DNA of 64,000 nt. Origin: an uncultured Sulfurimonas sp. GTDB taxonomy: Bacteria; Campylobacterota; Campylobacteria; Campylobacterales; Sulfurimonadaceae. The notes beneath the pieces are model-generated. The model ran no database searches and was not told the DNA's origin. It saw only the letters and a program-made list of their open reading frames with translations. The number at the start of each line of letters is the position of its first letter. Positions within the stretch are counted from its first letter, which is position 1. The translations under genes were made by a program, and so were the position numbers. Of this stretch, positions 9,798 to 19,981 are shown in pieces. Location of the stretch: positions 1,615 to 65,614 of the forward strand of contig CAZCMR010000004.1 of NCBI GenBank assembly GCA_964499805.1, written 5' to 3'.

Positions 9798-12700
9798 CTA
9801 TTTTTCCTCTTTCATGGCTAATGCAATGGAAAAACAGCATCCAATCGTGTCACATTGCCAAAAAAGTCTGCCGTGAAGCTGTTTTGTCATAATGATTTTT
9901 GACATATACAGACCTAGACCGGTTCCGTTCTCTTTTTTTGTTGTGACATAAGGTTCTGCGATTTTGTTTGCTATACTTTTGTCTATTCCTCCTCCGTTAT
10001 CACATACATGTATGATAATTTCACTCTCCTCCTGCTGGACTTTAATACTTATGCTCGGAGCTGTCGGTGCCGTCTCATTTATGGCATCTTTTGCATTGTT
10101 TATAAGGTTTATAAGTACCTGAATGAGCTGGTTGGGGTAAGTCACAAGAGAGAGGGTGAGCTCATTCTCTATGTGCAACTCGATGTTATTGTCTTCAAGT
10201 GATTTTAAAACCAGATTTTTCACTCTTTGGAGAAGTTCTGAGAGGCTAATCTCCTCTTTGTCCTTATCCGGTTTAAAAAAGTTTCTGAAGTCATCTATGG
10301 TTTGTGAGAGGTACTGCGTTTGGGTATGCAAAGAGGAGATAAATTTTTTCAGCTCCTCAGGTCGGATCTCATCGGAGAGTTCCATTTCTATCTGAATATT
10401 GTTTGCGATCATGGAGATAACGCTCAGTGGCTGTCTCCACTGGTGTGCTATCATAGAGAGCATATCTCCCATGGCAGCCTGACGTGACTGCGCAAGCATC
10501 AGTTCATCTTTCTTTTGTATCTCTGTGATGTCGAGCATAGATATCATATAGGTGGCTTTGTTCTCAATATCTTTGTCATAAAGTTTGACTGCGTTTAGCA
10601 GCTCTGTCTTTTGCTCTTGATTTTTTGTTATGAGTATCTGTTTTACCTGTGCAGAGTTTGGATTGGCATAGTACTCCTCTGCTGCTGCAAACTGCGTTGT
10701 ATCAAGTGAGTGATATGCTTTTTGCAAAAAGCTCTCAATGGTAGGAATTTCAGCTAGTTCATACCCTAGAGTATGCGTAAAAGCTTTGTTTATCAGTGTG
10801 ATGTTTTTATCCTCATCATAGATAAGTATAGGAATAGGAGCAAACTCGACAATACGCTCAAACTTCTCTTTTTCGGCTTCAATCTGATGCATAAGCAGTT
10901 TAAGCTGGGAGATGTCACGGATGATTTTTAAAAAGTACAGAGGCTCTCCCACATCATCTCTTAGAAGAACGACAGCTACACTCGCCCAGATGACACTGCC
11001 GTCTTTAGAGATATATCTTTTTTCCAGATGAAAGGAGTTCTTGTTTTCGCTAAAGAGCTGTTTTTTCATCTGTTTGTCAAGCTGCCTGTCATCAGGATGT
11101 GTCAGCTCATCCACCGAGAGATGCAGAAGCTCCTCTTTGGAATATCCCAGCATATTTACAAGATGCAGATTCGCATCAATCCACTCTCCGTTCAATGAAC
11201 TGTGGGCAATACCGATGTCAGCCTCTTCAAATGTGAGTTTATAGAGGTGTTCCTGCTCAAAGAGCTTTTTGGAGAGTTGACTCTCTTGAGTGATATCTAC
11301 TCCCGAGGAGAGAACTGCTGAGATCTCTCCGTTGGCATCTTGAATATAGCTGTTTGTCCAGCGCACGAGATGTTTTGTATTGTTGGCATCGACAATATAG
11401 TTTGTATAGTGTTTTTTTGTCTCTGTGTTACTGTCAATAAGCGAGTGGAATACTTGTTGAATATTTGGTGTGATCTCCGTCGGTATGAAATTTTGAAGAA
11501 AGTTCTTTCCAATGAGCTCTTCTTTTGGTAGTCCTAAAATAGTGGAACCCTCTTGGTTTATGCTTATAATATTGCCCTCTCTGTCGAGCATAAGTACGAT
11601 TGTGCCAAGGGTGTTAAGGTAGAGGTCTGCCAGCTGATGTTCTCTTTGAGCCTCTCTTTTGATTCTGTTTTTTTCTGTAATATCATGAAAAGAGAGGACC
11701 GCTCCCATGACAATCCCATCTTCAATGATGGGATTTTGGAGAACATCTGCTTCAAAAGAGCTTCCGTCCTTGCGCCAAAAGAGCTCTTCCCCTGAGTATG
11801 ACTCTCCTAAATCAAGGTGTTTATAGAGTATGCACTCTTTTATCTCATATTTGCTTCCGTCCCTTTTCGCATGGTGCCATAAGAGATGTCCATTTTTGCC
11901 TATAAGCTCATTTTCACTGTACCCAAGCATAGCCATCGCAGCTTCATTGACAAAAGTGTGATTGCCTTTTTTGTCAAGCCCGATGATACCGTCTTTGGTT
12001 GAGCTGAGTATAAGGGAGAGTTTTTTAAAGAGATTTTGTTCATTCTCTATGGCGACATGCAGCTCTTCGTTAGAGCTTTGGAGCTCTTCATTGGAGGTTT
12101 CAAGCTCTTCATTGGCACTCTGGAGCTCTTCGTTAGAGCTTTGGAGCTCTTCATTGAGCAGTTGTGTGCGCTCTGTGTAGAGAGTGATGTTTTCAAGCAG
12201 CTTTTTATTCTCTTTTTTGAGCTCTTGAATCTGCTCTTTAAAGCTTTGAACTAGATGCTCTTCATTGGATAAGGGAGTATTGCTCTCTGCACTGAAAAAC
12301 AGATCTTTTGTATCTATCTTCTGGAAATAGAGCAGTATAAGAGGGTTTTGCACCTCCTCTTCAAGCGGTGCCGCTATGATTTTTACAAAGCTGCTCTTGT
12401 TTGGTGTTAAAGATATTTCAATATATTTTGTACTCTCTATCGTGAGAGACTGCAATACGCTTTTGAGCAGTTTTGCAACATGATAGTGCAATTCTGGATG
12501 GAGGTTGTTGATAACATTTGCACTGATATAGCCATCAGGAATTTTTAAAAAAGGGTTATCCCCCTGCTTATAGATGATAGAGTAGTTCGCATCAACTATA
12601 AGAACCTCTCTTGCAAAAATTTTATCAATTGTCTCTACAATTTTTGTATCCATGTTAAATTGCTCTCTTTTTGTTTGCGGAAGTGTCGTGTCTGTATTGT

Positions 12701-14117
12701 TATCCTCCAGATGTTTGGAAAAATAGTGTGGTGAAATCTTTGGCGGATTTACAGAGGTGAGTTTTTTATAGAGTTTGCAGGAGGAGTTGATTTGTGAAAA
12801 GTAGTGCTGTTTGGAGAGTATGGATTCTGATGTGCCTAAAAACAGGATGCCGTCATCTTTGAGCGAGGAGTGGAAAAGTTGCAGAGTCTGTTCCTGCGTC
12901 TCTTGTTCTATGTAAATAAGCAGATTTCTGCAGCTGATGATATCTTGGTTGATTAAAGGCGGGTCCTGTAGAACATTATGGTGTGTGAAAATTATCTGCG
13001 TACGGATATCATTTATGATCTGATACCCCTCGTCACTTTGTACAAAATAGTTCTCGAGTATCTCCGGATTTAGATTGGAGAGTGTTTTGTGCTGGTAGTA
13101 GCCTTTTTTGGCTATTTCAAGTGCATTATCGTCAATATCTGTTGCAAAAATCGTAAGGTCAAATGTTTTGCCGATTTTAAGAGAGAGCTGATGGATGAGA
13201 ATCGCCAAAGAGTAGGCCTCCTCCCCTGTTGAACACCCAACTGACCAGATTCTCAGCTTATAATTTTCAGGTTTTTGTCGTAGATACTCCAAGAGAAGCT
13301 TTTCAAGCAGTGCAAATGCCTTCTCATCTCGAAAAAAATTTGTCACACCAATGAGAATATTTTCATAAAGATGGTGTATCTCATCCGGATTTTTCTTGAG
13401 AAAGGCAAGGTATTGCTGCATGGTTTGTGAGTGGGTAAGCAGCATCTGTTTCTCAAGACGTCTTGAGATGGTCTCTTGTTTATATTTGCTAATATCAAAA
13501 TACTCTTTTTCTCGCAGAAGATTTGCTATTTCAAGAAGAGGAGTAGGTGTTTTTTTTGCGATTGAGTTAAGCTCTTTTGCGATATCGGTTGTTGATAAAA
13601 TATAGTCAATGCAACCGCTCTTTATGGCACTTAGAGGCATACTTGGATAGAGGGTGTCACTTGGATTTTGTGCGATGGTGATACCGCCGTTCTCTTTTAT
13701 CGCAGTAACTCCTTTTGTCCCGTCTTTTCCTGTGCCGCTTAAGACAATTCCGATGGCATGTTCTGCTTTGTAGCTGCTCAAAGCAATAAAGAGTTTATCT
13801 ACAGAGGGGGTGGGGGTATAGGTTTTTGGGTATGCCTTTTCCAGTCTGAGATAAGAGTTTGTAGCGGTGAGATTATAGCCAGGAGGGATGATATTGATAG
13901 TGTTGCAAGAGTAGTGATGCCCTTTTGTGATAGGTATTATGGGCATATCTGTGTAGGAGGAGAGTATTTCAGTGAGGTAGCTCTTTTTATTTGCATTTAA
14001 ATGCTGTGCGATGATGTAGACATAACCCTCGTCCGCAGGAAGTAGCGGTACTATTTTTTTTAATGCCTCTAACCCTCCCGCACTTGCTCCTATGCCTATA
14101 AACAGATTCTCTTTCAT
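9798..14117 (-). CDS. CheB-CheR fusion with coiled coil, several PAS domains and histidine kinase
   Basis: GASAGG/QH/GTGKDG (CheB); SVGCSTGEEAYS and SCRNLLIY (CheR); PAS repeats; AHQWRQPL and GTGLGL (kinase). ATG at 14117 has an AAGGA SD. Confidence 0.9.
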   Translation of the reverse strand: MKENLFIGIGASAGGLEALKKIVPLLPADEGYVYIIAQHLNANKKSYLTEILSSYTDMPIIPITKGHHYSCNTINIIPPGYNLTATNSYLRLEKAYPKTYTPTPSVDKLFIALSSYKAEHAIGIVLSGTGKDGTKGVTAIKENGGITIAQNPSDTLYPSMPLSAIKSGCIDYILSTTDIAKELNSIAKKTPTPLLEIANLLREKEYFDISKYKQETISRRLEKQMLLTHSQTMQQYLAFLKKNPDEIHHLYENILIGVTNFFRDEKAFALLEKLLLEYLRQKPENYKLRIWSVGCSTGEEAYSLAILIHQLSLKIGKTFDLTIFATDIDDNALEIAKKGYYQHKTLSNLNPEILENYFVQSDEGYQIINDIRTQIIFTHHNVLQDPPLINQDIISCRNLLIYIEQETQEQTLQLFHSSLKDDGILFLGTSESILSKQHYFSQINSSCKLYKKLTSVNPPKISPHYFSKHLEDNNTDTTLPQTKREQFNMDTKIVETIDKIFAREVLIVDANYSIIYKQGDNPFLKIPDGYISANVINNLHPELHYHVAKLLKSVLQSLTIESTKYIEISLTPNKSSFVKIIAAPLEEEVQNPLILLYFQKIDTKDLFFSAESNTPLSNEEHLVQSFKEQIQELKKENKKLLENITLYTERTQLLNEELQSSNEELQSANEELETSNEELQSSNEELHVAIENEQNLFKKLSLILSSTKDGIIGLDKKGNHTFVNEAAMAMLGYSENELIGKNGHLLWHHAKRDGSKYEIKECILYKHLDLGESYSGEELFWRKDGSSFEADVLQNPIIEDGIVMGAVLSFHDITEKNRIKREAQREHQLADLYLNTLGTIVLMLDREGNIISINQEGSTILGLPKEELIGKNFLQNFIPTEITPNIQQVFHSLIDSNTETKKHYTNYIVDANNTKHLVRWTNSYIQDANGEISAVLSSGVDITQESQLSKKLFEQEHLYKLTFEEADIGIAHSSLNGEWIDANLHLVNMLGYSKEELLHLSVDELTHPDDRQLDKQMKKQLFSENKNSFHLEKRYISKDGSVIWASVAVVLLRDDVGEPLYFLKIIRDISQLKLLMHQIEAEKEKFERIVEFAPIPILIYDEDKNITLINKAFTHTLGYELAEIPTIESFLQKAYHSLDTTQFAAAEEYYANPNSAQVKQILITKNQEQKTELLNAVKLYDKDIENKATYMISMLDITEIQKKDELMLAQSRQAAMGDMLSMIAHQWRQPLSVISMIANNIQIEMELSDEIRPEELKKFISSLHTQTQYLSQTIDDFRNFFKPDKDKEEISLSELLQRVKNLVLKSLEDNNIELHIENELTLSLVTYPNQLIQVLINLINNAKDAINETAPTAPSISIKVQQEESEIIIHVCDNGGGIDKSIANKIAEPYVTTKKENGTGLGLYMSKIIMTKQLHGRLFWQCDTIGCCFSIALAMKEEK
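12061..12155 (-). repeat. 21-bp tandem coding repeat (NEELQSS heptads)
   Basis: About 4.5 copies of a GAGCTCTTC-containing 21-nt unit encoding NEELQSS/NEELQSA/NEELETS, typical of CheBR coiled coils. Confidence 0.85.
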
Positions 14118-14179
14118 ACTCAATCCTTCACCATTATTATAGTGTTGTTATTTTAGCACTATTTAGATAAAATAAGTAG

Positions 14180-15676
14180 ATGATAAATTTAAAGAAACTC
14201 CAAGTATTTACACAATCTCTCAAAGTTCTGTATGTTGAAGATGACTCTTCTGTGCAGTTTATAGTGGAAGATTATCTTGAGAAGCTCTTTTTGGATGTTA
14301 TCACTGCCGATGATGGTCTGGATGGTTTGGCAGCCTATAAAAAGGGTGATTTTGACATAGTAATTACCGACTTGGCGATGCCACGCATGGACGGGCTTGA
14401 GATGATATCTGAGATACGCAAGATAAATCAAGAACAGGCCGTACTTATCACAACCGCATATACAGATACAAAGCATATGAGTGAGGCTATCAAGCTCAGT
14501 ATAGACGGATACATCATCAAACCTTTTGATTATGAACAGCTAAATTATGAGCTCTATAAAATCAGTAAAAAAATTCAAAAATTTAAAGAAAATGCAGAGT
14601 ATCAGGAGAATCTCCAAAAGCTTGTAGAGTTTAAAACACAAGAGCTGCGCTCAATAATGGAGTCGCAAAAAGAGAATTATGAGCGGACGCTTCTCTCTTT
14701 GGTCAATATGATCGAACAAAGAGACAGTTATACGGCCGGTCACTCTCAGCGTGTTGCCCAATACAGTTATCTTATAGCGCAAGAGATGGGTTACACGAAA
14801 GAGGAGTGCTTGGAGCTCTCCAAGGCGGGTGTTTTGCATGACATCGGCAAGATTGCCACTCCTGATGTTGTTTTACTGAAGCCGCAGAGTTTAAATACGC
14901 TCGAATATACACTTATCAAAGAGCATGTAAATGTGGGCTACAGGGTGCTGAAAAACATACCTATGTTTGCAAAGCTTGCAGAGATTATCCGTGACCATCA
15001 TGAGCGTTGTGACGGAAGCGGTTACCCAAGAGGCATCAAGCACGAGAAGATACATCCATTGGCTCTTGTGATGATGGTAGCAGACTCTTTTGACGCAATG
15101 ACGACAAACAGAATCTATAAAGGGCGAAAGAGCGTTCAAGAGGCGCTTGAAGAGATTCGCGGTTTAACCCCTCTCCAGTATGATAAGAGGGTGGTAGATG
15201 CTGCATTTAGTGCATTGGGTGATATTGAAGTGCCAAGCGGTATTAATCAACTGCCGCATACAGATATTGAAAAGGAGCGTTTTGCATACTTCTATAAAGA
15301 CAATCTGACGAATCTCTATAATAAAAACTATCTCGATGTTATTCTTGTGCAGAATGAGTACGATAAAAAGTATGATCTGCTCTACTATGTAGAGTTGAAA
15401 AAGTTTTCTGCCTATAATAAAGCATACGGCTGGAACAGAGGAAATGAGATGCTTAAGAGTGTCGCAAAAACTTTAGAAAAAAACAGTGCACAGATGATGC
15501 TTTTTACTGTTTTTGGAGATGATTTTGTGATGCTTAAGAGTGGCAGTTGTGATGTTGAACACCTTAAAAATGAGCTTGCCAAAGTTCTTGCGGGGACAGA
15601 TATCGGTTTTTCAATCAAGAAGATAAAGCTAGAAGAAGAGCAGTTCTGTTGTGCAGATGAGTTAGAGAAGCTATAG
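14180..15676 (+). CDS. Response regulator with HD-GYP c-di-GMP phosphodiesterase and degenerate GGDEF tail
   Basis: REC domain (VEDD, TDLAMP, KP), LHDIGK, HHERCDGSGYP, C-terminal FGDDF. Confidence 0.9.
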   Translation: MINLKKLQVFTQSLKVLYVEDDSSVQFIVEDYLEKLFLDVITADDGLDGLAAYKKGDFDIVITDLAMPRMDGLEMISEIRKINQEQAVLITTAYTDTKHMSEAIKLSIDGYIIKPFDYEQLNYELYKISKKIQKFKENAEYQENLQKLVEFKTQELRSIMESQKENYERTLLSLVNMIEQRDSYTAGHSQRVAQYSYLIAQEMGYTKEECLELSKAGVLHDIGKIATPDVVLLKPQSLNTLEYTLIKEHVNVGYRVLKNIPMFAKLAEIIRDHHERCDGSGYPRGIKHEKIHPLALVMMVADSFDAMTTNRIYKGRKSVQEALEEIRGLTPLQYDKRVVDAAFSALGDIEVPSGINQLPHTDIEKERFAYFYKDNLTNLYNKNYLDVILVQNEYDKKYDLLYYVELKKFSAYNKAYGWNRGNEMLKSVAKTLEKNSAQMMLFTVFGDDFVMLKSGSCDVEHLKNELAKVLAGTDIGFSIKKIKLEEEQFCCADELEKL

Positions 15677-16282
15677 CTTTTTTCTTTTCATATTTATTTC
15701 CAGTTTTTTCCACTTTTTTGACTTTGGACCAGTGTCTCCGTTTATCATTTTAATCATCTTGATAAGGTCAGGGCGCTGTGATGCGGGAAGTACCCGTTTG
15801 TTGTTGTTGCCTAAAATAAGGATGTCATTTTTTGATTTTGGATTTGGCACTTTGAGATAAGAGAGGACCATGTGCGCAAGAAGATGCCCGCGTCTGTCTC
15901 TGTAGACAACATAGGTGAATTTCATCTTATGGGGATCTACACCCATCGCTTTGAGGATGTAGTACTTTGCAATGGTATAATCCTCACAGTCTCCTTTGTC
16001 TTTTCCCACAAACTCGTAGAGCGTAGCCCAGTAATCCCCCACCCCGTAGATATGCATATCACTATCATACTTGAGTTTGTTTACCCAGCTGTTTACTGCG
16101 TTTAGTTTATGTATGTCGTCTGCATCTTTATACTTCTCTATCAAATCTTTTTGTATGGAGATAAATCTGTTTTTTGCAAAAGGACCATATTTTTTCTCTA
16201 CTCTTGTCTCTAGGTCTTTGGAGATTAGCTGCGCATCTAATAGAACTGATAGTAGGATAAAAATCGGCAGTAAAAACTTCAT
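15671..16282 (-). CDS. lapG: LapG-like periplasmic transglutaminase-like cysteine peptidase
   Basis: Signal peptide, DYWAT, GDCEDYTIAKY, AHMVL. Confidence 0.85.
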   Translation of the reverse strand: MKFLLPIFILLSVLLDAQLISKDLETRVEKKYGPFAKNRFISIQKDLIEKYKDADDIHKLNAVNSWVNKLKYDSDMHIYGVGDYWATLYEFVGKDKGDCEDYTIAKYYILKAMGVDPHKMKFTYVVYRDRRGHLLAHMVLSYLKVPNPKSKNDILILGNNNKRVLPASQRPDLIKMIKMINGDTGPKSKKWKKLEINMKRKKL

Positions 16283-16317
16283 TGATCAATTATACATAAT
16301 TTATTATGTTCTCTTAC

Positions 16318-17835
16318 TTAGAATTGTCTTTTATTAAAGCCGGATGTTCCGAGTTTTGCTTTTGCTTTAAAGTTTGCAGCATAAGGTTTGAGATAGTGGG
16401 GAACTGCCCGACCTTTGAGTTTCATCATATCGCTTAACATCTTCTTCGCGACCTCTTGAGGGTTGAGGCTTTTTTGTGTAGTGAGGTACTCAAAAAGGAG
16501 TTCGCCCTGCCTTTGGAGTGATATTTTCCAAGTGGAATCGGTCTGCTCATATATCCACACTCCAAAAGCGTAAAAATTTTCAAATACTTTTGCCCTCTGG
16601 CTGCCATCGCTCCAAAGCAGAGAAAGAGAGTTCTTGAAATTTCCACTGTTGTAAAAGAGATCCCAAAATCGTGCAAAACGCTTCATGATCTGGATATCTT
16701 CAAAACTGAGCTGTGCGTTTTTGAGAATATCATAGGGAGGGATGTCACTGTAGACCATGCCGTAAGTTGTGTCATGCCGGCTTATGTGTGTACCGGAGAG
16801 TTTTTTGAGTATACCTATCTGTATCTCACAGCTGCTCATCTGCATCAGCTCATCAAGATTGGCTCCGAAACTCTCAAGGCTCTCTCCTGGGAGTCCGACG
16901 ATGAGGTCAAGATGTATGTGTGCTGTCGTCTCATTTTCCAAAAAGGCGATGTTATCTTTTATTTTACCCAGTTTGAGTTGTCTTGAGATGTTGTTTGCTA
17001 TCTCAAGATTCAGCGTTTGGATGCCTATCTCAAGCTGGAGTGCTCCATGGGGAAAGCTTTTTATCTTCTCTCTGAGCGAAGCGGGAAAATGGTCGGGAAT
17101 CACTTCAAAATGAGCAAAATAGGGCGGCTCTTTTGCCAAAAAGAAGTCTAAAATCTTTGTTGCTGTTTTGATGTTGATGTTAAAAGTTCTATCTACAAAT
17201 TTAAAGTTTCTTGCCCCTCTTTGCCAGAGCTTCTCAAACGCAGCGAGTACTTCCTCGAGATGAAAGGCTCTTACCTTCTCATCCATGGAAGAGAGACAGA
17301 ATTCACACTCAAAAGGGCAACCGCGCGATATCTCTACATAGATATAACGGTTTTTGATGTCATCATCTGTATAGTAATCATAAGGAAGTTTAATCTCTTT
17401 GAGATTTGGCAGGCTCATTCTGCTGATACGTTCGTGCTGCGTTTGAGAGATGATATCTTTACAGAGTTTGTAAAAGGCTAGATCTCCTTCACCCTGAATG
17501 ATGTAGTCGGCATCATCATAATTTACACGAAATGGCAGGTAGGTGACTTCGGGACCTCCAAGAACAATAGTAGTCTGTGGAGAGACTTTTTTAAGGATAT
17601 GAATAAGCTCACGGATATGTGAAGCATTCCAGATGTAGACACCTAATCCTATGATATCGGGAGAGTGCAACAAAATCTTCTCGGCTACTGTCTGGATGGC
17701 ATCATTGATACTAAATTCTAGAATCTCAGTATCTTCTTGTAGCTCCTGCATATTTGCATAAATGTAGCGAAGCCCGATGGCACTGTGGGTAAATCTTGAG
17801 TTGAGAGTTGTTAGAACGATTTTTGTTTGTTTCAT
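16318..17835 (-). CDS. B12-binding radical SAM protein (DUF4080-type C-terminus)
   Basis: B12-binding N-terminus (YIWN, LGGPEV, GEG), RGCPFECEFCLS, DRTFN. Confidence 0.85.
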   Translation of the reverse strand: MKQTKIVLTTLNSRFTHSAIGLRYIYANMQELQEDTEILEFSINDAIQTVAEKILLHSPDIIGLGVYIWNASHIRELIHILKKVSPQTTIVLGGPEVTYLPFRVNYDDADYIIQGEGDLAFYKLCKDIISQTQHERISRMSLPNLKEIKLPYDYYTDDDIKNRYIYVEISRGCPFECEFCLSSMDEKVRAFHLEEVLAAFEKLWQRGARNFKFVDRTFNINIKTATKILDFFLAKEPPYFAHFEVIPDHFPASLREKIKSFPHGALQLEIGIQTLNLEIANNISRQLKLGKIKDNIAFLENETTAHIHLDLIVGLPGESLESFGANLDELMQMSSCEIQIGILKKLSGTHISRHDTTYGMVYSDIPPYDILKNAQLSFEDIQIMKRFARFWDLFYNSGNFKNSLSLLWSDGSQRAKVFENFYAFGVWIYEQTDSTWKISLQRQGELLFEYLTTQKSLNPQEVAKKMLSDMMKLKGRAVPHYLKPYAANFKAKAKLGTSGFNKRQF

Positions 17836-17864
17836 TATTTGTGGATTATATCTAAAAGTTTTGG

Positions 17865-17910
17865 AAAAAGAAAAACAGCTGAGAGTAAAAGGGGGAAAAC
17901 TCAGCTGTTT
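17865..17910 (-). terminator. Intrinsic terminator
   Basis: 11-bp perfect stem AAACAGCTGAG/CTCAGCTGTTT running into TTCTTTTT on the minus strand. Confidence 0.8.
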
Positions 17911-17967
17911 GAAAATTTATAGGAGTATTTATCTCTTCTTATGAAAGGGGGAAAACATAATTGAGAT
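17865..17967 (-). ncRNA. Candidate trans-acting sRNA with two C/U-rich loops (RepG/CJnc190-like)
   Basis: TATAAT at 17978-17973; hairpin 17931-17967 and terminator hairpin 17873-17910 both display UUUUCCCCCUUU; U tail follows. Confidence 0.65.
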
Positions 17968-18007
17968 GTGAAATTATAATTATTATAAGTAAATGTTTAG
18001 TAAATAC

Positions 18008-19453
18008 CTACTTGTCATTTATCTTCTCATACTCATCGAGCATAGTGTCGAGTTCTTTAAAGAGATTGCTAGAAGCCTCTTCCATGTTTGTAAAGTTGCG
18101 TGTAATCTGCTGTGGATGGTCGTATTTAAGAACCGTTCCATCTTTAACGAAAACAAGGTTTTTAAAGACACTGTCATGCACAACAGCATGGTTTTTCTCC
18201 ATCGCTTTAAATGACGGCGTTTTACCAAAACGCTCTGCACCTGGGCCGTAGTACCATTTACCAAGGCGGCAGTTGTAGTGGTCAGTAAAATTTGTCTCTT
18301 TATTACGTGATAAAAGAGTAGAGTAGGCATTTGATTTAAAGAGGATATGGTCCACTTTAACAAGTGTGGTAAAGAGACGGTTTTGAAGTCTTACCGCAGT
18401 GACATGAGAGCCTTTTGCCAAAGAGTTAAGTTCGGTAAAGGCATTTTCAAACTCATTTATAGTGCTGTTTGATTCTTGTGCGATACTGCTTATCTCATCG
18501 GAGTTACCCCGCATATCATTTGCTTCTTGTTGGAGTGTCGAGATGGTTATCTCTATCTCATTTGTCGCTTTTTGTGTGCGTTCTGCAAGTTTTCTCACTT
18601 CATCGGCAACCACGGCAAAACCGCGTCCATGCTCACCTGCACGTGCCGCTTCAATGGCTGCATTTAGTGCGAGCAGGTTTGTCTGGTCTGCGATGTCTTT
18701 AATGAGCCCGATAACTTCGGAAATCTCACGAGAACGATTCTCCAGGCTTACTATGCCCTCATGAGAAGAGGCGATGAGCTCTGTAAGAGTGGAGAGCTTT
18801 TGTGTAATATCGACAACATTTTCAAGGTTTGAAGAGGCTTGTTGTGCTGTTTGTTGTGATACATTTACAATAGCCTCTGCATTGTCAGAAGATTGTAAAA
18901 GGTCCACTTGGATGATGCCAAGTCCACGAGCAACTCCTCCTCCAAGTCTGGTAAACTCTGCAGAGAGCTCACCGAGCATTTTTGTCTCATAACCGCTGGC
19001 GATAGAGGTAATGGCATCATTAACTTTTGAAGAGGCATAGTGGAAGATACCGTGCAGACCCTGCGGGAAAGCAGCTCTGTATGTTTTTCCATTTGAAGCA
19101 GCTTCAATGGTTGTCGTCGTATCACGCATAAAGGCCTCTGTCTGGTCAAGCATATTGTTAATAGACCAGGCAAATGCTGCGATGTCAGAGCCATCAGTCG
19201 GAATATGTGTGATACGTCCCTCTAAATCTCCATCGGCAGCAGCATCGACAACTTTTTTCATCTTATGTATCAGATCTGATGATTTTACGGTTCCTCCTGA
19301 TGCCGGAACAAACAAAGAGATAAGCAGAGCCATTACCAATACAATAGCCAAAATGTAGTTTGCTGCTACGAGTGCATAGATCGATGCTGCAAGTAGAGTT
19401 ACAAAGAGCAGCAGTGTTTGCCTATTGTTGGATAGAGATGATAAATTCATCAT
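18008..19453 (-). CDS. CetA-like membrane MCP (short TM hairpin, HAMP, signalling domain, CZB)
   Basis: Two adjacent TM helices with no periplasmic domain; MCP signature; CZB motifs DH, NCRLGKW, HAVVH. Confidence 0.9.
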   Translation of the reverse strand: MMNLSSLSNNRQTLLLFVTLLAASIYALVAANYILAIVLVMALLISLFVPASGGTVKSSDLIHKMKKVVDAAADGDLEGRITHIPTDGSDIAAFAWSINNMLDQTEAFMRDTTTTIEAASNGKTYRAAFPQGLHGIFHYASSKVNDAITSIASGYETKMLGELSAEFTRLGGGVARGLGIIQVDLLQSSDNAEAIVNVSQQTAQQASSNLENVVDITQKLSTLTELIASSHEGIVSLENRSREISEVIGLIKDIADQTNLLALNAAIEAARAGEHGRGFAVVADEVRKLAERTQKATNEIEITISTLQQEANDMRGNSDEISSIAQESNSTINEFENAFTELNSLAKGSHVTAVRLQNRLFTTLVKVDHILFKSNAYSTLLSRNKETNFTDHYNCRLGKWYYGPGAERFGKTPSFKAMEKNHAVVHDSVFKNLVFVKDGTVLKYDHPQQITRNFTNMEEASSNLFKELDTMLDEYEKINDK

Positions 19454-19907
19454 AAGAGACTCCTTCTTTTTCTAGTAAATCATTTAAAACTTTTTCTCCT
19501 GCAGCTATGCCGCCACTGCGTTCAGCCTGGAGCATCTCTTGGTAGAGGGGCTTGATAAGCTCAAGTGCAGAGGGTTTTGGTTTTCTTCTAACGGAGTAGT
19601 AACCTATGATATCTCCGTTATTATTTATAGAGGCTGTAACATTGGCAAATACCCAATAGTCATTATTTTTGTTTGTTTTGTTAATAACAAAAGCAAAGAT
19701 CTCTTCTTTGTTCTGTATGCGCTTCCAAAGAAGTTTAAAGACTGCTTTTGGCATATCTGGATGACGGACAATATTGTGCGGTTTGCCTAAAAGTTCCCTC
19801 TCCGTGTACTCTGCCATAGTCATAAATATCTCATTTACATAGGTGAGACGACCTTTTGTATCTGTTTTTGATACAATAAAGTCATTCTCTTTCATCTCTA
19901 ATAACAT
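19422..19907 (-). CDS. Stand-alone Aer/CetB-type PAS sensor protein
   Basis: [33 protein letters not shown]; ATG 19907 with AAGGA SD; overlaps the MCP gene. Confidence 0.85.
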   Translation of the reverse strand: MLLEMKENDFIVSKTDTKGRLTYVNEIFMTMAEYTERELLGKPHNIVRHPDMPKAVFKLLWKRIQNKEEIFAFVINKTNKNNDYWVFANVTASINNNGDIIGYYSVRRKPKPSALELIKPLYQEMLQAERSGGIAAGEKVLNDLLEKEGVSYDEFIISIQQ

Positions 19908-19981
19908 ATGCCGTTTCCTTTTTAAAAAATAGTCTAAAGATATTAACATATATTATTGTAAATAATGCTATATTTGCACCT

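Noticed and set aside
12061-12155. 21-bp tandem repeat as a possible CRISPR or VNTR
   Set aside because: In-frame coiled-coil heptads standard in CheB-CheR fusions; no spacers or cas genes.
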